From Macrostomum lignano (lineage: Eukaryota), in assembly GCA_002269645.1 (NCBI GenBank), contig NIVC01002038.1, positions 88,060 to 152,059 on the forward strand: a DNA stretch of 64,000 nt, in the 5' to 3' direction. The notes beneath the pieces were generated by a model, which saw only the letters and a program-made list of their open reading frames with translations, was not told where the DNA came from and did no database searches. The translations under genes were made by a program, and so were the position numbers. Below are positions 23,600 through 35,400 of this stretch, in pieces; the first letter of the stretch is position 1, and each line of letters starts with the position of its first letter.

Positions 23600-25430
23600 G
23601 TGAATTCAAATTACTATATTTAAATTCAACCAACATTTTTTCTCTGGCTTTCCAGTCACAACTTTTTCAGTAAATCGGTAGAGACCAAATCCTAGACTCA
23701 TGAAGCTGTACGGCTGAGAATAAATTTCGCTCTCCGGCAGCAAAACTCTGTCCGTTGCCACTCTCTGAGTTGAATTAAGACGAATTAGCTCGTATCTCCA
23801 ATGAAGAAAACGTTGTCCCTGACTTCTTTTACTTTCGTGCTATACTTCAGCGACTTAACTGGATCATCGCGCATCAAATTCCGAACACATAAAATCTCAT
23901 TTACTAAATGGACAGCCAAGTGTCTTTTTACATCGACGCGTCTTTTAATAGCACCAAAGTAATATTCAGAAGGAAATGTCGTGATGTTACTTATGTTCCC
24001 ATACAGTCTGTCAAACTGATCAAAATACAATAGAGCGTCAATATTGTAGCTGATAAATGTTTGTCCAAAGCTGTTTGCTCCAGAAAGACTTTGATTAAAG
24101 CTCTTAGCCTGATTCAAGTAGCTCGTACTTAGTATTCCTGTCGCTTGAGTAGATGTACATAGCGAAGTGCAATGCCCGTAGAAGAAAATGATAGCACAGC
24201 AATTGCGGAAAGATCATTAAAACAAAATAGGACCAAAATTATAAAAAACTGGTGATATCCACAGGCCATGAAGAACCGCAAATTAGTAAGTCGTCGAGGT
24301 CTCCCTTGAAATTAGAGAATGTGTACTTAGACAAAACAGAAATTTGGTCAGATAAACGCAAAACTGTATCTTTTTTGACTCTCTGGCCCCCTTCTGAGTC
24401 AAATTAGAAAGTAGAAAAATTTTCGTACCGCACCGAGCAACACCGCGTGTTGAAAATCGACTAAAAAGACCACAAAGTCAACATTGAGCAATCGCAACAA
24501 AGTGAATGTTATTATTTTGCCAGTCTTTCGCTGTTGACTGGATTTCTGGCTAGTGTGATACATTTTCCCGCATCGGCTCTCGCCCACCTCTGTTGAAAAC
24601 CCATTTTCTTATTCAAGCAAGTACCAGGAGCTCTGCAAACACCGCATATATCATATGCGGTGTGTCCTACAATGCCACAAATGTAAGCTTTGGCCGGTTT
24701 ATCTCAGACGAATCATATTGTTAAGATTATTATCTGCACAGAATCACTAATTCTTACTGGTCCAGAAAGAAATCTTGTTGCTTCATTGCCGAAGTCCCGT
24801 AGATAAGCTCCAAGAGGCGGTTTTCATTGTTCGGCATTAATACCGACAGGAAAGGGTCCGAAATGTGTCAATAAGCATCATCAGGATTGGCCAGGCACCG
24901 AATTGAGAATATTAAAAAACTGGGAGTCCATTCGAATTGGCAAGTGCCTAAACGCTGTATACCTAGTTTTACTGGTGGCTGTAGGCTTTTTCTAAGGAGC
25001 AATGCAAATTCTTGCCAATTCCGAGCCACCGAAATTGGACCTCCCCTCTCGCCTCAAGCGAGGTGTCAGCTTTGGGCTTGTCGCCTTTAAAACTTTGTTG
25101 ATAATGTATTTCGGGCCTGCACTCATAGGTTGCGTAAGCCTCCAAGGAGAAGCTTTATTCCATCACGTGGCACGTTGCAGAGAATTAATAAGAATTAGAA
25201 GTGCCTCGAGCTTCTCCTCAAAGCTTAGCTTGTCTTCGTCATTAAACTTCTCTTCACTTTCAATTTTTGCTGTCGACCGCAATTCGTCAAAATGGGTTTC
25301 CTTAACGTCAAGGCAAGGCTTAACACGGCTTGGTCCATCGACAGGCGGTGTCTTTTCTGTTTCTTCGTCCTTCGGTTTTTCAGCAGCCTCTGCTCGTCAG
25401 TTTTCGTTCAAGACTGGTCGAGGAGAAGTT
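23600..25430 (-). pseudogene. CMC/EnSpm-like transposase relic 3
   Basis: Manual translation across stops gives GPFPVGI...KP...YLRDFGNE and DKPAKAYICGIVGH. The ORF 23785-24117 contains YNIDALLYF...YGNISNITTFPSEYYFGAIKRRV (DUF4218-type). Confidence 0.7.
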
Positions 25431-26589
25431 TAAGAAGGTATTCATTTGTCTTGCGCCAAATAGTCCATGTCAATTCAAAAAAAAATAATTTGGCTTTAAA
25501 GAAAAGCAACGCTGAAGTGAATGTAATTTTTGCAAATTTCGATTTTGATTCGCTAGTGACCGATAGTTACTAGAAGAGAAGATCGGATTAGGTCGTGGAA
25601 GCACGGAGAGCAGGGCTTTGGGGGAGCAGTAATTGAGGTAGAGAGTGGGAGAGGGGTTTTGGTTGTACAGACCCAGCGAATAGGAGACCGAGCTTCACCT
25701 CGTTGAAAATTCGCTTCAGCAACCTCAACTTCTTCTCTCAAATCATTGCTTCGTCTTTCATAACTGCAGTCCTACTATCTTTGCGACTTGACGATCCTAC
25801 TAAAAATGATGTCAAATTTCATTCTGGAAGTTTAATGATTTATATTGTGAGATCTAAGTATTACTCTTCCTAGCAAGCTGCAAGACCCCAGTAGGTTGGA
25901 GTGGCTTGAACCGAGAAATTCTACAGAGCGATGGCTTTGCGAAGCTGTGTACGAGGGTGAGACATCTTGGGCAGGTGAGTACTTGCAGGTAAATATTTCC
26001 TTTTTAACTAATTATTATATTGAAGCGTTCAAGAATTAATTTTCCTCGGTACTCTTAAATCGAAATGGTGAAAGAGAATCGTAAATTATCGATTAAGGTG
26101 TTTTGGACCATGACGACGGTAATTTGGTTTGCACGGACGCCAGAATTATCTACCTGCGGAAGTTGATTCGAAAGAGAAAAAAATTCCGGCGATTCTCAAG
26201 ACCTAAAAAGAAAAAGACTGTCTGCTAAATGCATTAGCATTTGGCCTCCCCTCTCCGGCTTAGGACAGACTACCAAGTGTGGAGTTTTTCCCATAGACAG
26301 CATAAATTACGGTACGGATTGAGCGATTAAGTGGTATAAAGTTAAGCCTCTATGGCAAGCCAGAGAAACAGAATTAATTCCCCTTCCAGTAAACGACTCT
26401 ACTTGCAGCTCGACTGCTCACAAGTCGCGTCTTTTCTCAACTTTACTAATACTGTTGTTACATTTGCTGATTCATCATAGAGTAAATAGGCAAAGCTACT
26501 CACTGTGAGCATCCAGTTGTCTTGGTGTCATCCTCAATGCAGACTACAGTCGAGTAGAATGCATGAGGGGGCTTCTGGGACAAATTTTT

Positions 26590-26900
26590 TAACGTCCTCC
26601 ATAATCCCATTAAATCCATCCATATTATCCCCAACAGAATCAGAAAAAAGGGGGGTCACACTCGCTCACAAAACGTCCTCCATAATCCTATTAAATACCC
26701 ATATTATCCCCGACAGAATCAGAGCATAGCAGGTGTCCTACTTGCTCTGAAAACTTCGAACATAATCCCATTAAATCCATCTTTATTATCCCTGAATCGG
26801 AGGGTCGCACTCGCTCACAAAACGTCATCCATAATCCTCCTAACCTATCCTCCTTCCTCCACGACAGAATCAGAGCATAACAGGTGTCCTACATAATCCA
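26590..26900. repeat. Imperfect tandem repeats (aacgtcctccataatcc...gacagaatcagagcatag), 3-4 shuffled copies
   Basis: The blocks recur at ~26591, ~26682, ~26761 and ~26820, directly left of the Polinton-like genes. Confidence 0.6.
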
Positions 26901-27344
26901 CTGACATCCACCCATAGCAGCTTCGAAACAATCAGAAAATAATCTGCATTCTTCTCCCCACATTCAATTCGCGAAACCAGATCCCTAAGACTTTAAATCA
27001 TTAGCGCAGGGTCCTTACCCTTTGAAAAAAAATTAAATTGTCAATAAAAATGCTTCTAATCGTCTCTCCAGGTTCTTATTACAAAGCGCACGAACCTCAT
27101 TACAAGTGTAAATACCGATGCAAACTACGCTCATAGAATGCAGCGAGTACATGAGAAAATATTGGCCCGGCGTTGATATCAAAGTCCCTAATATTCATCT
27201 AGCTCTCCAAAGACACTGGTTTCATAAGTATGGAGTAACCTACGTAAAAGATTACGACAGCTACTATAACTTTGCAGAAATCCTTAGGCAATTGTAATTT
27301 GTAGTTTTGTTTTTTAGTTTGCAATTGGGATTTCTCACATTCTC

Positions 27345-27520
27345 TCAATGATCAACGTCAATACCTTCATAATACCTTCACCGTTGAAATCAACACCCAC
27401 CCCATCTTCAGTCTCAAACTGTAGCACAATCTCGTGAATCTCCTTATTACTCAATACAACTCTTTTCACTGGATTTGGTTTCTCTACCAACATCTGTCCT
27501 CCGGCAACAGAAGAAATCGA
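27345..27520 (-). pseudogene. Polinton minor capsid (penton-like) C-terminal fragment (absent from the ORF track)
   Basis: ISSVAGGQMLVEKPNPVKRVVLSNKEIHEIVLQFETEDGVGVDFNGEGIMKVFDVDH* matches the penton C-terminal pattern E-x-P...I-x2-I-x-L...G-x2-VDF-x-GE. Confidence 0.55.
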
Positions 27521-28125
27521 AAAGCAAACTTAAAAGCTTACTAAAACATACTGAGTTCATTTATTCACAAGTATATTTACATAAAACAAAGGAAAGGAAA
27601 GGAGGAAAGAGCAGACACTAAGTGCGCAGGGCTATCCGGCTGAGAATTTCCTCCGCGACGTGCGAGCTAGTTGCAAGGCTGGAAATGAATGAAGGTAGAG
27701 AAAGAACAAGATATTGTAGATCCTCGCACAATCCAAAATCGATATTATTCGGATCCAGAATAATATTGATTTTCCTCCCGCTCATTTCGTGTACAGCTAA
27801 TTGTAGGCAGAGCTCTTCCAGGGTTGATATAGATTTATACTTACTGGGTATACGAGCGCGTATTGTGTCTTTAACCCTCCTGCACATTCTCGGTTCCACC
27901 AGCTGCTGCCACATTTGCCGCCCCAGGGATAACAACGTTGTACATAATTGTACTTGATGTACATAAAATAGACAGAAATTTTACCTCCGACTCTGGAGGG
28001 TATTACTTTTTATCTCAGGCCTTTAACCCTAAATCCCCCACGCGGTCATTTACTAGAGCTGAACTCCTAGTGATACCAGCTGACACAGAAATTAATTTAA
28101 ATATTAAAATTAAAAATGACAAAGA

Positions 28126-28524
28126 TTGAAACCAGAACCATCAATAAACTTTAATAAAATCATTGATTCAAAGAGACCAGGTCTTGTATCAATTAAAGGT
28201 GCCAAAGTAAAAATCGATCTTGTGCAGCAAATAGTTCAGTGTAATGAGCAAACACACAGCATCACAGATGAAAAGTCAGGAGGAATCCTACCATTAGCAG
28301 CTCTTATCCCAATCATTGCAGGCGCTGTAAGTGCCGCAGGTGGTGTAGCTGGAAGTGTAGCAACTGCTGTTAAAGCTGGAAATGATAGAGCCCACCAGCT
28401 AGAATTGCAAAAGATTGCAAGAGACAAAGGTATAACAATTAAGGCAGGAGAGGGCTGCCCCGATTGTGATGATTGTGAGCATGAAAATTCTGTAAGCAAG
28501 TCCGACATTGCAAAGCCATCATGA
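28126..28524 (+). CDS. Small virion protein with adenovirus pX (mu precursor)-like C-terminal segment
   Basis: KSGG|ILPLAALIPIIAGAVSAAGGVAGSVA resembles adenovirus pX MRGG|ILPLLIPLIAAAIGAVPGIASVA. The ORF begins at TTG, so the ATG may be mutated. Confidence 0.6.
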   Translation: MKPEPSINFNKIIDSKRPGLVSIKGAKVKIDLVQQIVQCNEQTHSITDEKSGGILPLAALIPIIAGAVSAAGGVAGSVATAVKAGNDRAHQLELQKIARDKGITIKAGEGCPDCDDCEHENSVSKSDIAKPS

Positions 28525-28660
28525 CACTGCACAATGCTGGGTTTACAATAATGCGGATGTGATGAGGTTAAAACCCCACTGTATCCAGCTTTATAAACCT
28601 AACGCTACTTATAGGATGTAGAAACAGTTCAACTTTTCTATCAGGGTGCTCACCCTCAAA

Positions 28661-31600
28661 ATTTTTTTATATTTTAGAGAAAAAATGCCAAAAGCCAATC
28701 CAGCAAAAGATTTAGTCAACAAATATTTTTCAAAAGGCATCTCATTTCAAAACAAAAGTAATTTACTAAGAGAAGCATGTAAACAAAAGTTTAACACCGA
28801 CCCTGGTCACCTGGGAGGCTATGAAAAACAGTTGGAAATCATCAATCAATTAAAATCCAACCAGTATGCGCCTATAAAAAAATCCTGCAAAGGAACACCA
28901 AGAGAGGAGTCGCAACTTAGTTAACAAATACGAAACTCTCACTGGTGAAAAAGCAAAGTACCCACAAAATAAGCAGGAACAAGAGAAATTAGAGCAATTA
29001 ATTCATTTAAAAGAGTCGGAGCTTGCCACTGAAGAAATTAATTTTGCACAGAGGCAGTTTACAGAACATTACATGGAGTACACAATCCCAATTAACGACA
29101 CCAACCAAACTACTGACACCAACGGCACCACCGCAAACATCTACGACTATAAAGACAGCATCCAATCAGTTGTTGATCACACACTCAAAACACGCAAGAC
29201 ATTTAAACTACAGATATCATTCAAGATTGCGTTTTATATGCCTGCAAAACCCACTGAGCATCTCGAGTATTACATGACAACAAAGGCAAGCCATTCACCC
29301 CTACAAACACACTGGATCCTTTCCTTTAAGTTGTCACTAAGAAAATTGAAGCGTTTACATCCGCGTTCTTAAAATTGAAGCGTTCTGGATGGGTCGTGGG
29401 AGGGATTCAAAGAGCGACTGTCATGGTCATGAAATATGACCCACTTAAAGCCTCCTCTTATATAGAGCTCCCGCATAAGCTAGCTGGCAAAAAGCTTGCA
29501 TAAATGTTAAAAATAAAGACAATTGCTGTGCGCTATGGGCAGTTTTTTCTGCACTGCTTTGTGATAGTGTCCTTCACCACCCCGAAAGAACCTCAAATTA
29601 TCAAAATTATTTCAACTACTATATCATCCAATGCGAAAAGAAGGGAATCAGGTTTAACAAAGGAGGCTTGGCGATCTCTCAGATCCCAAAGCTAGAAGAA
29701 GTGTTTAATAACAAAATTAGAATCACAGTCTTTGAGTGGAGTGAAAAAACCGAGAAAGTTAAACCGGTCAGATGTAGCACAGACGTTTTAGATCCTGAGG
29801 GGAAAAGTGGACTGAAGTGGATTTTCTAGTGATTGATAATTTACTAGAGGAGGCTCACTATGTTTGGATTAAAGATATTTCAAGACTCATTCACAAGCAG
29901 TTGAATAATCATCACGAGGCTGTTGCCATCTGCCGCTTGTGCCTTAAGCATTACAGTGGACCTGAGCGCTTTGAAAAACTAACAGAGCATGAATTATCAT
30001 GTGAAGATCACCCGACCAACTGCTCTCTTCCTTCAACTGAAGAGAAGTATCTCCGGTTTAAGAACTATCACAAGATGGAGAAGCTCCCATTTGTTGTATT
30101 GATTTCGAATGCTCAATCATGCCAGAAACTCAAAGGCATATGCTACTGAATTGGGGACATGTTTTTATTACCGTTACAAAAGGACTTTTTGAGTATAATT
30201 ATTTCTTTGGAGAGCAGTGTGTGGAGCAGTTTATTGCCAGAATGTAACCTGTTCCAATAATGATGACTGAGTAGGATAAAAGCAATTTCCTATCAGCAAC
30301 TCATTACCACTTCTGCAGGAAACAGTTAACTTGCACTGATATTAAAAACCCCACAGTTAGGGACCACTGCCACTATACTGGGAAATTTAGAGTTGCAGCA
30401 CATAACACCTGTAATCTAAGGTAAAATCAAACATTCATGATCTAACGATATTTTGTCACAACGCAAAGAACTATGAAATGCATTTAATATAAAAAAAAAA
30501 TCGGCATGATTCCAGACATACACCTTGATTGCATCGCATAGAACAAAGAGAAGTTTAAGTGTGTTGATATTAAACAGGATAATTCGGGTAAAGGTGAACG
30601 TTCGAGTGAAGTTAAAATAAGACTGAAGGATTTATATCAATTTCTAGCTGCCAGTCTAGACGAACTAAACAAGAATCTAAAAGATGAACAATGTACATAT
30701 ACAAAGATGTTTGCAAGTAAAATTAACAACAGTGATGAATCATTTAAACTTTTAAGGAAAAAAGGCTTCTACCCCTATGAGAATATTACTGGGTATCACG
30801 TATTTGAAGAAGGTTTACCACCACAGGAGAAGTTCTTTTCAAAGCTAACAGACTCTGGAATCTCTGACAAAGACTATGAGCACGCGAAGCATGTATATAA
30901 TTTCTTTAATTGTCAAAACTTCTTCCAGTATCACCTGCTTTACCTCTTCACAGACGTGTTTCTGCTGGCTGATGTGTTTGAAACCTTCAGATACACCTGG
31001 TACACAGCATATGGCCTCGATCCTGCACATTATGTGTCTCTGCCTGCCACTAGCTGGGAATCTTTGCTTAAAATGAAATGGGATCAAGTTCCAGCTTGGT
31101 AAATTGAACTTCTTACAGATATTGACATGTACAATTTTGTCGAATCGTCAAAGCGAGGGGGAATGTCAAATTGCGTTAACAGGTATGCAAAAGCAAACAA
31201 TCCCTACATTGAATCTTACAATAAGGAGCAGCCCTCAAACTACATTACTTACTTGGATGCTAATAATCTCTACGGGTGGGCGATGAGTCAAGATCTTCCA
31301 GTTAGAGATTTTCGATGGCTATCTGAATTCAAATAGGACTTTTCTCAATTCAAATGGGACTTTTCTGAATTCAAATAGGACTTTTCAATACCCGGCATTT
31401 ATGAGGTTGATGTTTACATTCCAGCAGAGCTTCACGACTATTTCTCTGACTTTCCATCCTTCCCAGAGAACATCAAGTGCCCGAAAATAATCGAAACTCC
31501 CAATAGAAACTTGGCACCTGTCAGGAACAGAAAAAGAACATACAGAGAAAGTAACAGAATCTAAACAACAAGACACGTTACAAAATCCATTACAAACTGC

Positions 31601-32085
31601 TTCAGTATTTTATCTCACTTGGTTGCAGGGTCACCAAAGTTCACAGGGCTCTTACATTTACAGAGGAAGCGTGGATGAAACCCTACATTGATAAGAACAC
31701 CCAGTTTAGGACCAAAGCAACCAACGACTTTGACAAGAACCTCTTTAAGTTGGCCAACAACTCTGTCTATGGCAAGACTCTTGAGAATGAGCGGAAAAGA
31801 ACAAACCTGAAACTTGTTACCTCATCAGAGCCTGCTGTTATTCAGGCAAATATGTCAAAGCCAACATTCAAAGAACTCCATATCTTTACTAGCTACTTAG
31901 GTGTGATCATATTTTACAAAACCAAGGTGACGCTGCGCAAACCGATCTATACAGGTGTCACTGTTTCGACGAATCAAAACGTTTGATGTACCAGTTCTTC
32001 TATGGCATGAAGCAGCAGTACAAGGATAAAATGAAACTCTTGTACCATGACACAGACAGTTTTATTATGGAAATTCAAACAGAAG
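28661..32085 (+). pseudogene. Protein-primed family B DNA polymerase (pPolB), frameshifted and 3'-truncated
   Basis: HYVWIKDISRL; RDHCHYTGKFRVAAHNTCNL (endonuclease VII-like, ~30360-30419); KKGFYPYE; TDVFLLADVFETFR...YGLDPAHY; motif A YLDANNLYGWAM; motif B KLANNSVYGKT; motif C YHDTDS (32043-32060). The sequence breaks off ~8 codons later. Confidence 0.9.
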
Positions 32086-32647
32086 ACAATTCTATCATGT
32101 TATCTTTAATTCTATCATGCAGTGCTGTTGATTGAGTCATGAACTCTTCTAAATTCCTCACTTTACCTGTGTTGGTTGCGACGTTTTCTTTTATTCTGTC
32201 ATGCAATGCTGTTGAATAGTTCATGAACTCTTCTAAATTATTCACTTTAACTGTGTTTGTGAAAACTCCTTCTTCAAGAATACGCATCCGTCTATCAGTT
32301 GAATTTCTCAGAAGATTAATTGTCGATGCTAAATTTGTTCTTAAGCCGTTGATTTGCGAGACTACTGAAGTCATTTCTGACCTAAATTCATTTGTTGCGT
32401 TTAACAACGGCACATAAAGCTTATCACTTTCAAACTTCTGTCTCGCTACTTTAAGCCTGAGATCTTCTATGTTTATCTGTAGATTGTGCATGGAGCGCTC
32501 TAGGGCTTTCAGTCTTTTTTTATTCAGTTTGATCTCTGGGATCTATTCGTCGCTGTTGAAATATCGCCTGTCAAGGATGGATATTTGAGCTGATGTAAGA
32601 GCGCTGTTGCCAGAAATGGATTCACCTGCAAAGTTTATCGACATCTT
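32075..32647 (-). CDS. Coiled-coil protein of the Polinton relic with an internal 28-aa repeat; 3' end lost at the junction
   Basis: KVNNLEEFMNYSTALHDRIK and KVRNLEEFMTQSTALHDRIK are repeated. The frame extends upstream of the listed ORF to MSINFAG with one stop. Confidence 0.45.
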
Positions 32648-32660
32648 TTAATAGCAAATT

Positions 32661-33476
32661 TTAAATTACAGTTCTTTTTTCTTTGCTAATGATCACAAAC
32701 TGGTAAGGCTGATTCCACTTGCCATAGCAAAGATTAACGAATTTCTCTTGTGAAATCTTTCTGCTTGAGTTTTTTGTTGGATTTATAAAATAGGCAGACG
32801 CAATGACCTCATTGTAAAATCTTTTTCGCCTGTTCTGTGGAATGGTTGGAAACAGGAGAATCAGATTGCAGTTCCCGCGAATTGTTTTGTTCGGGAGCTC
32901 GAACCAATTCTGTGCAATGTAAATTACATTACAATTGTTATGTCGCCCTCTTGTAAAATAGTTTTCTATCTGCTTCTGTGGGCCTGTCATACAATCATCA
33001 AAGACGATCAAATGCTTTCTCCCCTTTTCTAGCTCATCTGGTTGAGGTAGAAGTTTGGTCTTTGGATCAGCCTGAGGATCTCCATAGGTGAACACTTTAA
33101 TGTTCTGCCATTTTTCATTGTCTTTGAGGTGCTTTGCATATTCGGCAGCAACAATTTCTGGGTTACTGGGAAGGTTTTGTTGGTTATTAAAACATTGAAT
33201 AATGTCCTCTTTGTTCAGTTTGTTTTGCAATCCAGAAATCAGCATTTTATACTCATCTTGATACAGTGTGGGAGAGTAGATGTGCAGAGTGTCATAGTCG
33301 ATAAAGCCAGGTCTAAGAAGCATGTTAAAGACTCTGAATGTTTTACCTAAACCTGATGAACCAACACCAATGCATCTGAAGTGACTCGGGATTGACTCGT
33401 GATGAGAAAACTTAATCTGATTACGCTTCCAGTGAGGATTGAAGTCGTTTGAAAATTCTATTTTTCTATGATAAAA
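32661..33476 (-). CDS. A32-like (FtsK-HerA) DNA packaging ATPase
   Basis: Walker A GSSGLGKT lies in frame just upstream of the listed ORF start. Walker B LIVFDD, RGRHNN and IYIAQNWF...TIRGN follow. No upstream ATG was found before ~33476. Confidence 0.9.
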   Translation of the reverse strand, partial: FYHRKIEFSNDFNPHWKRNQIKFSHHESIPSHFRCIGVGSSGLGKTFRVFNMLLRPGFIDYDTLHIYSPTLYQDEYKMLISGLQNKLNKEDIIQCFNNQQNLPSNPEIVAAEYAKHLKDNEKWQNIKVFTYGDPQADPKTKLLPQPDELEKGRKHLIVFDDCMTGPQKQIENYFTRGRHNNCNVIYIAQNWFELPNKTIRGNCNLILLFPTIPQNRRKRFYNEVIASAYFINPTKNSSRKISQEKFVNLCYGKWNQPYQFVIISKEKRTVI

Positions 33477-33501
33477 AATAAATAATAAAGCATTAAGAAG
33501 A

Positions 33502-33643
33502 GGTCATTTTGGGACTTATATGTGTCATTTTGGAACTTAGATGTGTCATTTCGGGACTTAGATGTGTCATTTTGGGACTTAGACGTGTCATTTTTGGGAC
33601 TTAGATGTGTCGTTTTGGGACTTTGATGTGTCATTTTGGGACT
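33502..33643. repeat. Minisatellite, ~7 x 21 bp (atgtgtcattttgggacttag)
   Basis: Imperfect tandem copies lie just upstream of the ATPase frame. Confidence 0.9.
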
Positions 33644-33689
33644 AGTCTTGTGCCTTTACATTTCTTTTACCCTCGGAAAGTACCCTTTA

Positions 33690-34055
33690 GTCAAATTTGA
33701 AACCACTTCCTTTTTTAATGCTAGCTCTCATCTTCTTTTAGATCGCAGGGTCCACACTGTTTGGATTGTGGGTCAGCGGGGCCAGCGGAGCCGGCGGCTG
33801 AATCTCTTGTTTAGGTGTTACAGTATCCTTTATCTTTTTGGCTGCTGTGACTACACTGCCAGCCGCTTCGGCAACGTTCTTGATGTTCTCTTTGTTCTCT
33901 CCAATGACCTTAAAAATCTTGGTCCCCTGAGCGATCAAATCGGCAAGGCCATTCCCAGAGCGTTCTTTTCTTGGATAGTGGCCTGCAGGGACAAGGGACA
34001 AGTCCAGATCCGCGTTTAATGAAATTAAGTTCCTCTTTTTCATAGTATTTGCCAA
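33690..34055 (-). CDS. Small Polinton virion protein with GxG motifs and an amphipathic segment
   Basis: RSGNGLADLIAQGTKIFKVIGENKENIKNVAEAAGSVVTAAKKIK; reading past the stop gives KKGSGF. The role is inferred from position and pattern. Confidence 0.4.
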
Positions 34056-35400
34056 TGTCTTTTTCGAAAATAATCGGCATTTTTACTTGAAATAAATTTT
34101 TTTTTGTTAAAACGTGAAAGCAGAAGCTCTCTCGCCCTCTTATCAATGTATTTTCTCTCAAGCATTTTATTGAGGATATGAACGAACTCTTTTCTATTCT
34201 CATCTTTCATTCCAGTCTTTGCCGCTCCCAGGAGAACAACTAGCCGCTTGTAGACTTCAGGCATGCCTTTTCCGGAAGAGCTTGACGGTGATTCGATTGA
34301 TTGGTCAGAGGAGGATGTTCCTGGTGAGGGTTGCTGAAGCCTAGGTGTGAATACTCTGTCATTGATTCGCTCCATTCGTTCTTGGGAGAGCTGCTCTAAT
34401 TGTCGCCAAGTCTCAGGATTTGTATCTTTGTACTACAAAACAAGAATCGGGTCTACGGGGTCAAGTTGATCAAGTACTTGTTCAACCTGGGTTTTTTGTT
34501 GCTGTGGAGGCGGAGGTTGTTGTTGTTGTTGACTGCGGACCGAGCTCGGAATAACCGGACCAGGTACCAAACCCCTACCGCTGACAGAGCCAGCGACAAA
34601 GGCTGAGCACAGAGGGCCGGACCGAGCCACATCCACCGCCCCTGAGCCAGGAGCGGTGACCGATTCCCGGCGCTCTTCGCCGCCCGAAGAACGGGCGTTG
34701 CCTCCCCCCCGCGACAAAGACGCGGCGCCGGATAGGGCCTGCTGATTACCCAGCAGGCTGGGAGCAAATCCCAGGGGGGGTTGTTGTTGTTGTGGTTGTT
34801 GTTGTGGTTTTTGTGGTTGCTGCTGTGGTTGTGGTTATTGTGGTTGCTGCTTTGGTTGTGGTTATTGTGGTTGTGGTTGTTGTTGGTGTGGCTGTTTTCT
34901 TATGACCTTTTTTTGATCCGGCAAACCAAACCGGAAGTAAGTTTTACACTTGGCAAGGACGTCTTTCCAAGTCTACAGAGTTGAAGAAAACTGAAGCCGA
35001 ATCCCTCAACCGCGCTCGGTTCTGTTTTGGTCAAAGGGATAAAGTGCTTGCAGAAAGTTTGATTCTCATGAACCAGGAAGACAAAAAATTGACAGCCGAA
35101 GACCTATCGACTTCTGCTGGCCCCTGTCGGCGCCTGTCGACCTCTGCCGGTCTCTGTCGGCGTCTGTCGACCTCTGCCGGCCCTGTCGGCGCCTTTCGAC
35201 CTCTACCGGCCTCTGTCGGCGCCTGTCGACCTCTGCTGCCTCTGTCGGTGTCTGTCGCTCTCTGCCGGCCCCTGTCGGTGTCTGTCGGCCTCTGTCGACC
35301 CTTGCCGGTTGTCGTGCTGTAACTGGTGACTGCCGGTTGGCACTCAAGCGCCCTCATCAAGTTGACCATTGGTTCGTAGGTTGCCCTGCTCAGTTATTAA
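34040..35400 (-). pseudogene. Fragmented repeat-rich Polinton core-type protein
   Basis: The C-terminal YKRLVVLLGAAKTG...EFVHILNKMLERKYID resembles the RL-x-LL-x-A...AG...E...I...L motif common in Polinton ORFs. A Q/P microsatellite lies at 34780-34885 and EVDRRRQRP repeats at 35090-35310. Confidence 0.5.

Noticed and set aside
25860-26330. Spliced plus-strand gene divergent from transposase relic 3
   Set aside because: A GTGAG donor and plausible frames exist, but there is no recognisable domain or complete gene model.
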